From Octopus bimaculoides (lineage: Eukaryota): 64,000 bases of DNA. Position numbers and translations under genes: made by a program. Below the pieces are notes generated by a model that did no database searches, had not been told where the DNA came from, and was given only the letters and a program-made list of their open reading frames with translations. Location of the stretch: NCBI RefSeq assembly GCF_001194135.2, contig NC_068999.1, positions 22,239,981-22,303,980 of the forward strand. Direction: 5' to 3'. Each line of letters begins with the position of its first letter. Position 1 is the stretch's first letter. Positions 37,840 to 49,620 of this stretch are shown piece by piece.

Positions 37840-39800
37840 AATACCTGGCATTCCCTGGGTTAAAGATAGCAAATGAAATTTCAAAACGCCGTCTAGATTA
37901 CGCAGGTCTCAACCGCTAGTAGCTGAGATACCAACTTTCTATGTAACTCTGCAACTCATGCCAGCATGGAACATAGACATTAAGTGAAATGCGGAAAGAA
38001 AGTTTTCAACTCATATATGTATATAAGATAAATACACATAATTCAAAAACACGTTTTTGTCTAACTTATTTCATAACCAAAAAACACGTACAGATTATAA
38101 ACAATGAAAGGCCGTGTGTAGAGTACACACACACAAACAGACAGCGAATATATCATGTTAGTTTCACTTTTATACACACAGATATACATTCACGCCTGTC
38201 AATCAAAAAGTGTAAGTGTAATAGTAATGCTTTAACACTCAATGGTTTTACACTTCTGTATATGACATGGACATACTATTCATGTAAGTGTTTCTTCATA
38301 TACTATGTTTTCTGTCCTGCCACATTTATCACTGAGAATGTAGAGGTTTGTTTCATCTCCAATTGTAGAACATCCAACATACAGCTGACCATGTGAGAAG
38401 CAAGGTTGAAGGAGGTCAAGTCCCACCACCTTTAGAGATTGACCTTGTGCTTTGTTGATAGATATTGCAAAGCTAAACCTCAACAGTGTGCTGTTTCTGA
38501 GATGGAGGACATGTCACGCTTATCATGTTCTTGCCCAACCAGAAGCACAGCTATTTCATTTGCTGTTAGCACATTAAACCTCCTTCCATGTTGACCAGAT
38601 GGTTTCTTGTCTGATCTGATAACTACCTTGTAATCGAAGGAGTCAGGTGGAATTGTTTCAAGTAAGTCTTGAAGCTTCTGATCAGGTTGTTGTTATGCAG
38701 CATCTTTTGCAGAGACACTACAATGTTCATCCTGATGTCGGAAATGTTCTTGCACTGCTCTTGCCCTTCTTGTTGAGAATTACCCATAAAATATATTGGG
38801 AGGAATTTTGGTGATCCATTAGACCGAGGTAGTAGAGAGCCAATCTGATGATAAACCTGACATTGGACCTTGAAAGTTTGCATGAATCCTGGCTCAGTTA
38901 TATCTCTTGTGGCTCTAAATGATGTCATCTGTAGTGCAGCATTGTACTGTCTAATTTTGTTTTGGAAATGCTTGGAATCTTGGTCAGTTGATGGCAACAG
39001 TTTCTTCAATGGCTCTGGAGTTCGGGGGATTGCAGGGAGTTTAACCTTTCCACCACTGCAGTACAGGCCAAGTGTCTCTCCAGGCCACTTCCTTGCTTTA
39101 CAATATATGCACTCAGTTGTCATTGCACCAATGGAAACTGTAGTGTCATCTGCATAATGAACTGCTGGATCATAATTGAAGGCTGCTTCATAGAATTTGC
39201 TTCTCTGAGCTGTTACAACTGCTTTTCGTTCAGCAGTGGCGATCCTATTCCTTGTCAGTTGTGCATACCTCTGTTCATCACTTTCAGATGCTCTGATTTT
39301 TGTAGTACACAGTCTGTTCGTTTCTTGGCATGCTTCCCTTTCTGTTCTTATTCTAGCAACTACAATTTCAGAACTTCCTCCACCACTGCCAGCTTGGCCT
39401 TCTAGGTAACAAGCTATCTACTATTTTTAATGATCCCCCCAAGCATTTAAGGGAGTCTATTGTCTGTGCATCTGTAGTGCTTATTGAACCTGCACATTTG
39501 CAACACACAAAAACTAATTGTATGAATTATTATTGATTAAAAGAAAAATTGAGAAATAAGAGTGCAGATTTAAAGAATACAAACTAGGGCTGCAGATGAA
39601 AATTGTATGCTTGATACTCAGACATATGAAGAAAATTCCAGGAGATCTGATCTTTGCCAGGTGAGAAATTATAGCGTGCTAACATTTTTGTTAACTTTAA
39701 AAAGAAACACATTTTCTCAAGTACAGCCCATGTGACACTGGAGAGATTAAAGCTGTAATGATATTTGATAAGTGAAGAATTATTTGCTTATGAGGATTAC
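37840..39800 (-). mobile_element. Internally deleted Helitron (N-terminal Zn/Helitron-like domain fused to the PIF1 helicase C-terminus)
   Basis: 39400-38500 encodes CIYCKARKWPGE..CSGGKVKLP..IRQYNAALQMTSF..VYHQIGSLLP; 38490-38280 encodes FAISINKAQGQSLKVVGLDL..FSHGQLYVGCS..NIVY; decayed 3' hairpin at 37843-37860. Left boundary of the plus-strand span is good; the 5' end near 39800 is approximate. Confidence 0.9.
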
Positions 39801-40064
39801 TTAAATTAAAATGTTATATTATAAATAGAGTGCAAAAGATACTTTTTCAGATTCAAGTACTGTCAATGATAAAGACCCAAATTAATGTCATGTAAGCTTC
39901 TTTAATACAGACAAATTAAATATTTTACTAGAGATAAGACAATATTTTGTTAGTAGTACACTAAGTTTTGTTACTATAAATTGTCAGAAATTTTGTATTA
40001 ATGATTTAATAATATAAATACCAGAAGGTGATACATAAGGCAATCTTTTACCTTTACCTCATCT

Positions 40065-40220
40065 TTCATTTGTTTCAGTTTTAGTTGAACAAATAGGCCC
40101 CAGTACTTGCTTTTTGAAGTCTGGCACTTATGCTATCGGTCTCTTTTTGTTAAACTGCTTAGTTATGAGGATGTAAACAAACCAATACTGGTTGTAAAGT
40201 GGTGGTGGGTTCACACACAA

Positions 40221-40277
<57 letters not shown>

Positions 40278-40570
40278 GCTTTAGGAAGGGCATCTGGCCG
40301 TAGAAACCATGCCAAAGTAGACAATTAGAGCCTGGACAGATTCTGTCAAACTGTCTAAGCCATGCCAGTATGGAAAAACAGACCTTAAACGATGATGATG
40401 ACATATGCACAACAGGCTACTTTCAGTTTCTGTTTATCAGATTTACTCACAAGGCTTTAGTCAATCCGGGGCTTTAGAAGAAGACATTTATCCAAGGTGC
40501 TATGCAATGGGACTGAACTCAAAACCATGTAGATGGGAAGCAAGCTTCTCACCACACAGCCATGCCTGAG
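40065..40570 (-). mobile_element. Composite SINE A/B with an opposite-strand RTE tail (40270-40400) inside its microsatellite
   Basis: Tail B, (TA)n, then TTAGGAAGGGCATCTGGCCGTAGAAACC..TTAAACGATGATGATG, then the reverse complement of head A. Confidence 0.8.
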
Positions 40571-40630
40571 CCTATGATAATAATAAAAATTATGCTAAAA
40601 ATACTTCTATCAAGTACTGTGCTGGTGTCT

Positions 40631-40708
40631 TGTTACCTTTATATGTTACCTTTATATGTTACCTTTATATGTTACCTTTATATGTTACCTTTATATGTTA
40701 CCTTTATA
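40631..40708. repeat. Minisatellite, six perfect copies of TGTTACCTTTATA
   Basis: Counted directly: 6 x 13 bp. Confidence 0.97.
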
Positions 40709-41124
40709 GGTTAGAGGCCATTGCTACTAAATTTGAAGTGAAAGATGATAAAGAAAATATAAAAATAAATTAGATATAAGAGTATGTCCAAAATGATGTG
40801 ATCTTGTTTTCAGCACTTATCAGTCAGGAGTTAAAAAACAGTTGCACAAATAGATATTGTATTAAAAAAGTGGTACTAAGTAAGCCACTGAAAATGTCTG
40901 AAATTTGATATACGTAATACAATTACCTTCATTCAACTTTCATTAAAAAAGTCTTTAATTTATATTCTATTTTAAACTAGCTTGAACTAATTAGGATCAT
41001 GATAAGATATTATCATCTTAAATACGATCTTTTTTAAATTTTGAAATATATATTTTCTGTATAGTTTCTTAGTACATATATAATATTAAGTAGAGCCATT
41101 TTTAAAAACAGTTTTTCAAACTCA

Positions 41125-41335
41125 TCTTCATTATTTAATGTCCACTTTTCCATACTTGCATGGATCAGATGGAGTTTATTGGAGGAAGATTCTCTACAAC
41201 CGGATGCCCCTCCTGTCACCAGCCTTCCCCTGTTTCCAAGGAAGACATGTTCTTGCAATAATGGAAATGAATGACACTACTTGCATGACAGCTACACTCA
41301 TTTACAAGTATCACATAATGTCGTGATGAGACACA
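41125..41335 (-). mobile_element. Retroposon family E
   Basis: TTTAATGTCCACTTTTCCATACTTGCATGGATCAGATGG..CCTGTTTCCAAGG. Confidence 0.75.
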
Positions 41336-41336
41336 A

Positions 41337-41395
<59 letters not shown>

Positions 41396-41474
41396 ATAAT
41401 TTTTTTCCCAGAGGNNNNNNNNNNTATATATACATATATTCAACCCACATACACACACACACACACACACACAA

Positions 41475-41632
41475 AATGGGCTTCCTTCAGTTTCCATTTA
41501 CCAAGTCCACTCACAAGGCTTTGATCATCCCAGGGTTATAGTTGAAAACACTTGCCCAAGGTGCCACACAGTGGGACTGAACCCAGAACCATGTGGTTGG
41601 TAAGAAAATTTACTACACAGTCATGCCTGCAC
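41475..41632 (-). mobile_element. SINE head A
   Basis: CTTGCCCAAGGTGCCACACAGTGGGACTGAACCCAGAACCATGTGGTTGG. Confidence 0.85.
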
Positions 41633-42605
41633 CTATTGAATTATTAAACAGATAGAGAAATCTCTACTTCACACAAAAACATAATTATCCTTACAGTACT
41701 CTTTCTCATTTTACTGAAAGCATTTTCATCACATTTTAGATAAATGATTACTACAATAATAAGCCATAATAATTATCCCAGACTATACTTGAAAAATTAA
41801 GAATTTAAGGTATTTCTTAAGAATTCTGGGAGGGTGTCATATCAACTTGAGAATCTAAATATTTTCCCAAATTGCCTCTCTTTTTTGGATAAAAGCTATA
41901 TTTAATAAAATTTACCAGTTAAGGCCCACTAAATATTCCTTCCCAGTATAGCAAAATGAGAATACTGTTAAAAACTTGTGTTGACTAGGAAAATATTGCA
42001 GAATCAACAGTTTTTTTTTCCTTAATATTTTATTTTTGGTTTTTGCTAATTTCAGCTCAACTCTAGCTTGAAAACATGTCTGGCATTTTAAGAATCTCTA
42101 ACACGATGGTATTTCAGAAATGATTTTCACTACTTGAGTAAAGATTCTCATTCATAAATGTGCTTCTTCAGTTAAAACTTAATGGAAAGTCTAAGAACAA
42201 AGAAACAAATGGTTTACTCACAAAATTAAAATCAGAAGAGGTAGTAAATTTTTTTTTTCAACAAGATAATAACTTGGAGAATCTATTTTCTTTTATGTAT
42301 TACACATCTCCATCTCATAATTTCACTTACAAAAAAGAATTTAGAGTTAATGTTTAATCCCAGCTCAACTCTGATCAAGTAGACTTATTAAATGTATTGC
42401 AACTGTTACATCATGTCTTTTTAATGCTATGTAAAACTACATTATCTACCTCATCCTTCTTGAATTTAAGATGGTAGACTGTGCTTTGAGTGAGATTTGG
42501 CAGTTATTCCTAGCAAGTGACTATATAGTGCTTCTTTCATTAGCTAGAGAGATTCACAGTTTAATGGGTAGGTGAGCAATGGACCAAAAATATGTTAATG
42601 TTTAA

Positions 42606-42711
42606 CTCTTTTGCATTCAGATGACTTTGTCAAATGTAATGCTTATTTGTTTTGACTTATTCACGCATTATCTAGTAAAGGCTGGATATGGCAGGTTTAA
42701 ATGCTAAAGGG
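42606..42711. mobile_element. piggyBac-type MITE, internally deleted
   Basis: TTAA|CTCTT..GCTAAAGGG|TTAA; same family as 4721 and 28458. Confidence 0.8.
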
Positions 42712-45016
42712 TTAACCCTAATGTAAGAAAGATATACTGAACATCTTTTTTAAGCACTCAGGATAAGTTTATAATTTTCAGTTTGAAAAAATTTCAGTCT
42801 ATCAACTGTTTTCCCTATCTTTCTCTAACACCCACACCCACACACACACACACACACACATGCAGCAGGAAGAAATAGTTAAAAATGAGAAAATCAGCTC
42901 TTCAAATCAAGTTAAATTAGAAAATCAGCTCTTCCACAATCTTTTCATGAACATGTTTTAAGAAGCCTTAAATAGCAACTACTTACATAAATTAATCCCA
43001 ACATTTTATTATTTCCATCCAATTAGTATTCAGAAATCTATTCTCAGCTTTAGTATGAAACAAAGACAGCTAAGCTATACTTTCTCTTATACTACCCACA
43101 ATCTATTTATTATTTTCGCTCTCCTATGAATCATTTTTTTAAAACCCTGGTGAACATTCAGCATCACAGGTGAGATAATACAGAACTGAGATGTGTAGAG
43201 TGATGCTGTAGTGTAATTATAAATTGATCAAAACTCAGGCACAGCTCAAACTAAGTATCAAGAGAATGAATACTGCAACAATAGACAATTTTCTTATAAC
43301 ACATATTTCATACCCTCATCTAATTTTACTACTTAACAAAAGAATTTACAAGTGCTGTTTAGTCTCAGGTCGAGCATATCTATGACCAAAAGCATTCCAA
43401 TTATGACCATCACTGTTGTTATTTTGTTCAAGGTTGGCCATGACTGATCAGACCTATGACCAAAGGTGTTCCAACTGTGATCACCATATCATCTTTAGGT
43501 AGTAGAGTGAAACTTGGATTTGGTTGCTATTTCTAATAGGTGAAGTGACTACATAGAAGATAGCTCATCTTTTCTGAGTTATAGCTTTTGTGCTGTGTTG
43601 TTTGTGTTTAAATTACCACTCTGCCATGTTTGCCCATTAAAGAGATGAACCTAGATGTAGGAACAGATTGGGGAAGTCTATCAACTTAACTATATTATAA
43701 TTAGTTTAGTTCAAAAATTAATGTTACATAGAGGCAGCTCAATAGAATTCAAAGCTAATAGTAGCACATGGGAAACTGAACTAAATTGCTCCCAGCCTAC
43801 AATTTAACTTCTTACACTTTTTTGTTTAAGCAAGTTTGCAGTTGAAAAGAAAACTGTTCAGAGTCTCAGGAGCTGCAGTTAAGAAACACACATACACAAA
43901 AAAAAAAAAAAAAAAAAAAAAAATCATCTTTTATACCTACTTTTTTTTTAATACTAGCATGAGTTGAATGAGTCTCACAATGTCTTGCTGTTTGTTGAAG
44001 TCCTTTGTTGTTTGGTCTGCAGAGCAGCAGAGAAACCAAGCAATCTTTGTTGTGTATGTCATATGTTTGGCACTGCTTTTATGGCTGGATGCCCTTCTTA
44101 CTACCAATCACATAACATAGATTGGATGCAGAACACCAGCAAAAATTTCAATGGAAGATTAAGTAAGCCTCTTTCAGAATTCGGTTTTCTGAAACCATAT
44201 TTTGAATTTAGTGTTATCAACATATTTGCAAAATACCTTACTGTTCAAATCAAACTATGACAGGAGTATTTGTTATTCCATATAAACAGCATACTTATAT
44301 GGGGTTAGAAAGACTGATTGTATTTTGTGTGTTGAAGGTTTATTTCACTGACTTCCATGTTGAAGTTCTGCCCAGTCAAAGCTAGTTTCATACACATAAC
44401 AATACCAACATGAGAGAAGCCTTGACCCATGATGCATGTGTTGCCTGACTAAATAATTTTTATTTATACATTCAGTGTCTTTGCAAATTATTATATCAAC
44501 TAGTACCAAGTATGAAAACAATCCTGACAGTACTAACTCAATTTACAACCTTTTCTGTTACATTAATAATAGTGTTCTTAACCTTTCCCTCTTGGAATGG
44601 ATAGTAGATATTTTACTTCTCTGTAACTAGAATTCATTTTTGAGTATTTCCATTTCAGTTAATTTTTAGCTCTGAGCTTGATCGTTTTCATTCTTATTGA
44701 GTACTAGTTTGTTTGCAGAAAACAAAAATTCTTCATATATATATGTGAAATATTTATTCATGCTTGCTTGCTCCCTCCCTCCCTCNNNNNNNNNNNNNNN
44801 NNNNNNNNNNNNNNNNNNNNNNNNNNNNNNNNNNNNNNNNNNNNNNNNNNNNNNNNNNNNNNNNNNNNNNNNNNNNNNNNNNNNNNNNNNNNNNNNNNNN
44901 NNNNNNNNNNNNNNNNNNNNNNNNNNNNNNNNNNNNNNNNNNNNNNNNNNNNNNNNNNNNNNNNNNNNNNNNNNNNNNNNNNNNNNNNNNNNNNNNNNNN
45001 NNNNNAAGACATAAGT

Positions 45017-45056
<40 letters not shown>

Positions 45057-45129
45057 AGAGAGATAGAGAGAGAGAGAGAGATCATCATCGTTGTTTAATG
45101 TCTGTTTTCCATGGGTTATATATGTGTAT

Positions 45130-45355
45130 GAGTGTGTCTTGATACTGTGTGGTATTTGTAAATGAGTGTCCTGTTATACAAGTAGTGTTATTCATTTCCA
45201 ATATTCTGCAAAATCATGTCTGGCCATACAAAAATATTACCCTGCTTAGAAACAGGTGAGCGTTGGTGACAGGAAGGGCATCTAGCTATAGAAAATCTAA
45301 TTCCATAAACTCTGTCCAACCCATGGAGAAATGGATATTAAATGATGATAATGAT
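45130..45355 (+). mobile_element. Retroposon family E
   Basis: AAATATTACCCTGCTTAGAAACAGGTGAGCGTTGGTGACAGGAAGGGCATC..ATGATGAT. Confidence 0.75.
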
Positions 45356-46254
45356 ATACATATTGTTCTTTGTAAATTCCATTGAATGGATGTTCAAAAT
45401 TATGAAAATTTGAATGAATGACAAGTACTTGAAACTAGTCTATGAGTGTAAATTCCCAACCAAGAAAAAAAAGGGCTATGGCATAATTCTTCTAAAAAGA
45501 AATCAGTTCTCAAAAACAGGTGCATATGCACATGTACACACTAATGTGTATATATCCTTAAGAATTGTTATTCTAAAAATATATATATATATATATTGTA
45601 TATAAGCAATGATGTTCTAAGTACAATGGTTTCAACAGATAAACTAAGTAGTTTTGCTTCCTTCATAACAATTTTCCTTGATATCTTAGAAGAGAGAACT
45701 AAGAATTTTTGCTTTCTTCCTCAGGATTCTCCTTGATCTCAAGGAGAGAAAACAACTAAGTAAAATGATCACATCTAAGGAATTCCCTCGCTGTTCTGCT
45801 TGCCCACACATCATTAGTTAAGGGAATAAAATGAAAATAAAAGCTCTTAGACCTTTAAAAGGACTTTTACTTTTCTACTACAGTGAATGTATGCACTTGA
45901 GAAAATAACTTATCTTAATTATGTTCTTCAAACAATACTGATTATTCATTGTCAACTGAAAATAGTTTACAAGTTACACTAGTGCAGCTTTCAAAACTTG
46001 TGCTAAAGTGATTAGCAACAAATAAAATTAATTTATTCGTTCCATATCAGAACAGGTCACACAAAGTTTTAATTGAGGTATGATTTTATGGCTGGTAATC
46101 TTCTCACTATCAAGCCTTGCCTATTTAAGGGATTTTTTTTATTCTACAGATCTTTGAAAGCAGGGACCAATGTGCCATATCAAAGATATTTCACATAAAC
46201 AGTAGCATGCAATGCTGTAGGTTATCAACATTTACACACGCACACATACACATG

Positions 46255-46400
46255 ATAGGCTTCTCTCAGTTTCTGTTTACTAAATCCACTTGCAAGGCTT
46301 TGGTCAGCTTAGGGCTGTAGCAGAAGACAATTACCCAAGGTGCCATAAAATAGAATTGAACATGAAACTAAGTGGATGAGAAGCAAACTTCTTAACCTCA
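46255..46400 (-). mobile_element. SINE head A
   Basis: CAGTTTCTGTTTACTAAATCCACTTGCAAGGCTTTGGTC..CCCAAGGTGCC. Confidence 0.75.
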
Positions 46401-46407
46401 CATATTT

Positions 46408-46447
<40 letters not shown>

Positions 46448-47922
46448 CATAGACAAACCTACATTTCTGAAACACTAGGACAGTTGACAGGATTCTAACA
46501 AAAACATAGTAATAATGGAATATTGTTCCTACATCCACCACAAAAATCACATGGCTGATTGATAAATATTCATCAATACACTTCAGCCTCTAATCCACAG
46601 GCACATTGCCGATTCATATTGCTTTTTCTTCTGCTATAACAATAAGCTCTGACTCTCAAATCTACTGTGTGTATGTGTATATAAGTCATAGATGTTTTAC
46701 TCAGAAAAACTAAGTGAGAAAAAACCAGACGGCTTATCTACTGAATTTTGCTCTAGTTTTGAATTTCACAGCATGCATTAATGACCACACACATCCACAA
46801 AAAAATGACTGAGTAGGTAGAGCAGGTTATCGATGTCACTACTCTGTTTATATGAATACAGGTTTTGTAAATAAGGAACAAACACAACTGCTTGAGCAGA
46901 ATTCAACTGTGCTACAAAACAAATGCTATGATATGCATGGCTGTCCAAATTTCCTGCTTGTGTATGTATAGATTTGTAAAAACATTTTTAAAAATTCATT
47001 CCATTCTAAAAGTAAAAGATGTCCACCCACTTAAAAATAATCAAACAGAAAGCACTACAAAAAAAAAAAAAAAAAAAAAAAAGGTTGGTTTTAAATTGTG
47101 GGTTACTGAATATGCTGAAGGGCATGGAAGCCATAGTGCTGAGAAAGAGTTATGTGTGCCAGCAGAAATGGTGAGGGACTGGCTGACAGAAGCTCAAGAA
47201 AATGCCAAAAGCAAAATGTGCAAAATGATGATGAGAAATTGTATAATGGCTTTGTGCATGGGTGTGTGTGTGCGCGCACTCGCATATGTGAATTATGTGT
47301 GCGGGGAGTTGTCGACATCTACATGACCAGAGGCTATTACAACAAAAATATTATAGCTACCCATAATTACAAGTAAATATAATTTTACTCAAAATTGTCA
47401 TGCCCCAGCAAGTGCTATATCAGTGATCTGGTAATGATGATTAACTGTCCATAATAATTCTATAATCTCAAGAAACAACTGTGTGGATATTACAAACAAT
47501 TTTTTTTTTTTTAAAATGAAGATCATTAAAATATATTTGTAAATGTTTATTTCATTTTGATAGTCTTGTACAAAATAACTTCTCTATCAGCTGGATGAAA
47601 GCTTACTGCTCTTAGATATTGCAATGTTAGTCTATCAGGTGTGACAATTTAAAAGCACTGGTTGGTCTGTTTGTTTCAGGTAGAAATTACAGGAACAACT
47701 GCAATGATCTGTTTCAAAGAGATTACTAGACTGTACATGCAATGATTTGGATTATTTCAGCTAAATGTGTTTGTTGCTGTCATGAAACTAATTGCAAGTG
47801 AAACTGTAAACAGTATTCACAAAAGTGATATATGACTTATGTATAAGTCAAAGGCCAAAGTCAAAATATTACATACACAGAAGGGACGTGACTTGTCTAC
47901 CACTGTAACTTTTATATCAATA

Positions 47923-48788
47923 CTAGCAGAAATATCCAGCGTTGCCTGGATTAAAGAAAATAATGAAATTCGAAAATGCCTTTTAGATCTCTAACATAAC
48001 ACAGATTATGCAGTTCTCAACAGTAATTAGCTGAGGTACAAACTATTAATGTCAATAACATATTTTGTCCAATGTTCTCACTGTTAAAATTGTTAAAAAA
48101 AAACAAGTAGTTCTTTGTCTTTGCAATCACCTTCAATTGTCAGTACTTATTTGAAACACATTGAACCTGAAAATGCATAAACTTGAGAAGAACCAGCCTG
48201 CAGGCACTCCTCTCCTGTTAAAAAGTACATCAACTTCATGCAAAATACATTTAAATGAGCATTCATTATAACGGCATTCCCACATGCATTCTTTTCAAGT
48301 TATTTCGATGTTACACTCGCTTGCCCTAAGCCTTATTGCATGCAAATGGAGAAAACGTTCACTGCGTATATATCGATCGCTGTACGCCAGCGTCTAACAG
48401 CTTTGGCTTTTTAATGCACACAAAACTGAAATTATTTTTTTTCTGTGCCTCTGATTAAAATTTTCGAAAAATAAACCCAGCCAAATTACTTGGAAAAAAA
48501 TAATCTTTATTGTGCTGGTTTTTCGTAAAATTTTGTGCATGGGAAAAAGCAACAAAATCGCCCCTCTCCACTTTGAATGGGATATTCCTATCTTAAAAAG
48601 TAATAATCGCTTATCTCGGTAACCATGGGAGCTGGAGGGCAATAAAAATCTCCTGAACATGAGCGGACCATGCTGCCGCTCTGTGCTGAATTTCACGCGA
48701 TTCCACTGCACCATTCTCGAGTGAATCTGCTGACACTCAATCAATCAATCAATCAAGCAATCAAGAACACTGCAATTTATAGTATAGA
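47923..48788 (-). mobile_element. Complete non-autonomous Helitron (866 bp)
   Basis: On the minus strand: 5' A|TCTATACTATAAA, (TTGA)n near the 5' end, 3' hairpin ATCCAG-loop-CTGGAT then CTAG|T. Inserted between A and T with no TSD; CpG-rich interior. Confidence 0.88.
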
Positions 48789-49217
48789 TATATGACAAAT
48801 TCATATCACCTACAGCTAAGCCTATCTGATGCATGTGTCTCTCACTACCTATATAGTATCTCACTAGTCTTGGAAGGTATGTGGAAGTCATGGGTACAAT
48901 CCTTTCCTCCTGACTGAAGTGACTTGCACTTCCTTCTAAAATCTGACTCAAAGTTTAAAACCTCTACAGTCATTGCACTGAGTCAGCAATGAAAGAAAAA
49001 CCATTATCTTTAGTCTAGGAATTTAAGACAATCACTGATACTGGATTTTTTTTTTTTTTTTAGCAAAGCTTTTACAAAATTCTGTCTAGGAATTCTACAT
49101 TCTGAATACACACCTTTTATCCTTTCTGCATTTCAAATCTTATTCATAAGAGCTACCACCATTAGAAATATACTTTGAGATACAAACAGTCCAATCAGTT
49201 TTTTTTCTTTTTTTTCT

Positions 49218-49620
49218 GTAGCTGTGTGGTAAGAAGCTTGTTTCCCTACCACATAGTTCTGGGTTCAGTCCCACTGCGTAACACCTTGGGCAAATGTCTT
49301 CTACTATAACCTCGGGCCAACCAAAACCGTGTAAGTAGATTTGGTAGATGGAAACTGAAAGAAGCCCATCATATATATGTATATATCTGTGTGTGTATGT
49401 CTTTGTGTCTGTTTGTCCCCTCATCACTGCTTGACAACTGGTTTTGGTGTGTTTACGTCCCCATTGCCTAGCAGTTTGGCAAAAGAGAATGATAGAATAA
49501 GTACTAGGCTTAAAAAAATAAGTTCTGGGATTGGTTTCTTTGACTAAAACCCTTCGAGGCAGTGCTCCAGCATGGCTGCAGTCAAATGACTGAAACAGGA
49601 AAAAGAATAAAAGAATAAAT
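49218..49620 (+). mobile_element. Composite SINE A/B, near full length
   Basis: Head, short microsatellite and complete tail ..GACTGAAACAGGAAAAAGAATAAAAGAATA. Confidence 0.9.

Noticed and set aside
43895-43925. Long poly-A runs (also at 2488 and 47058)
   Set aside because: No upstream processed-pseudogene body or TSD is visible; treated as simple repeats.
48394-48744. 116-aa ORF
   Set aside because: It lies within the non-coding 5' half of the non-autonomous Helitron and has no recognisable domain.
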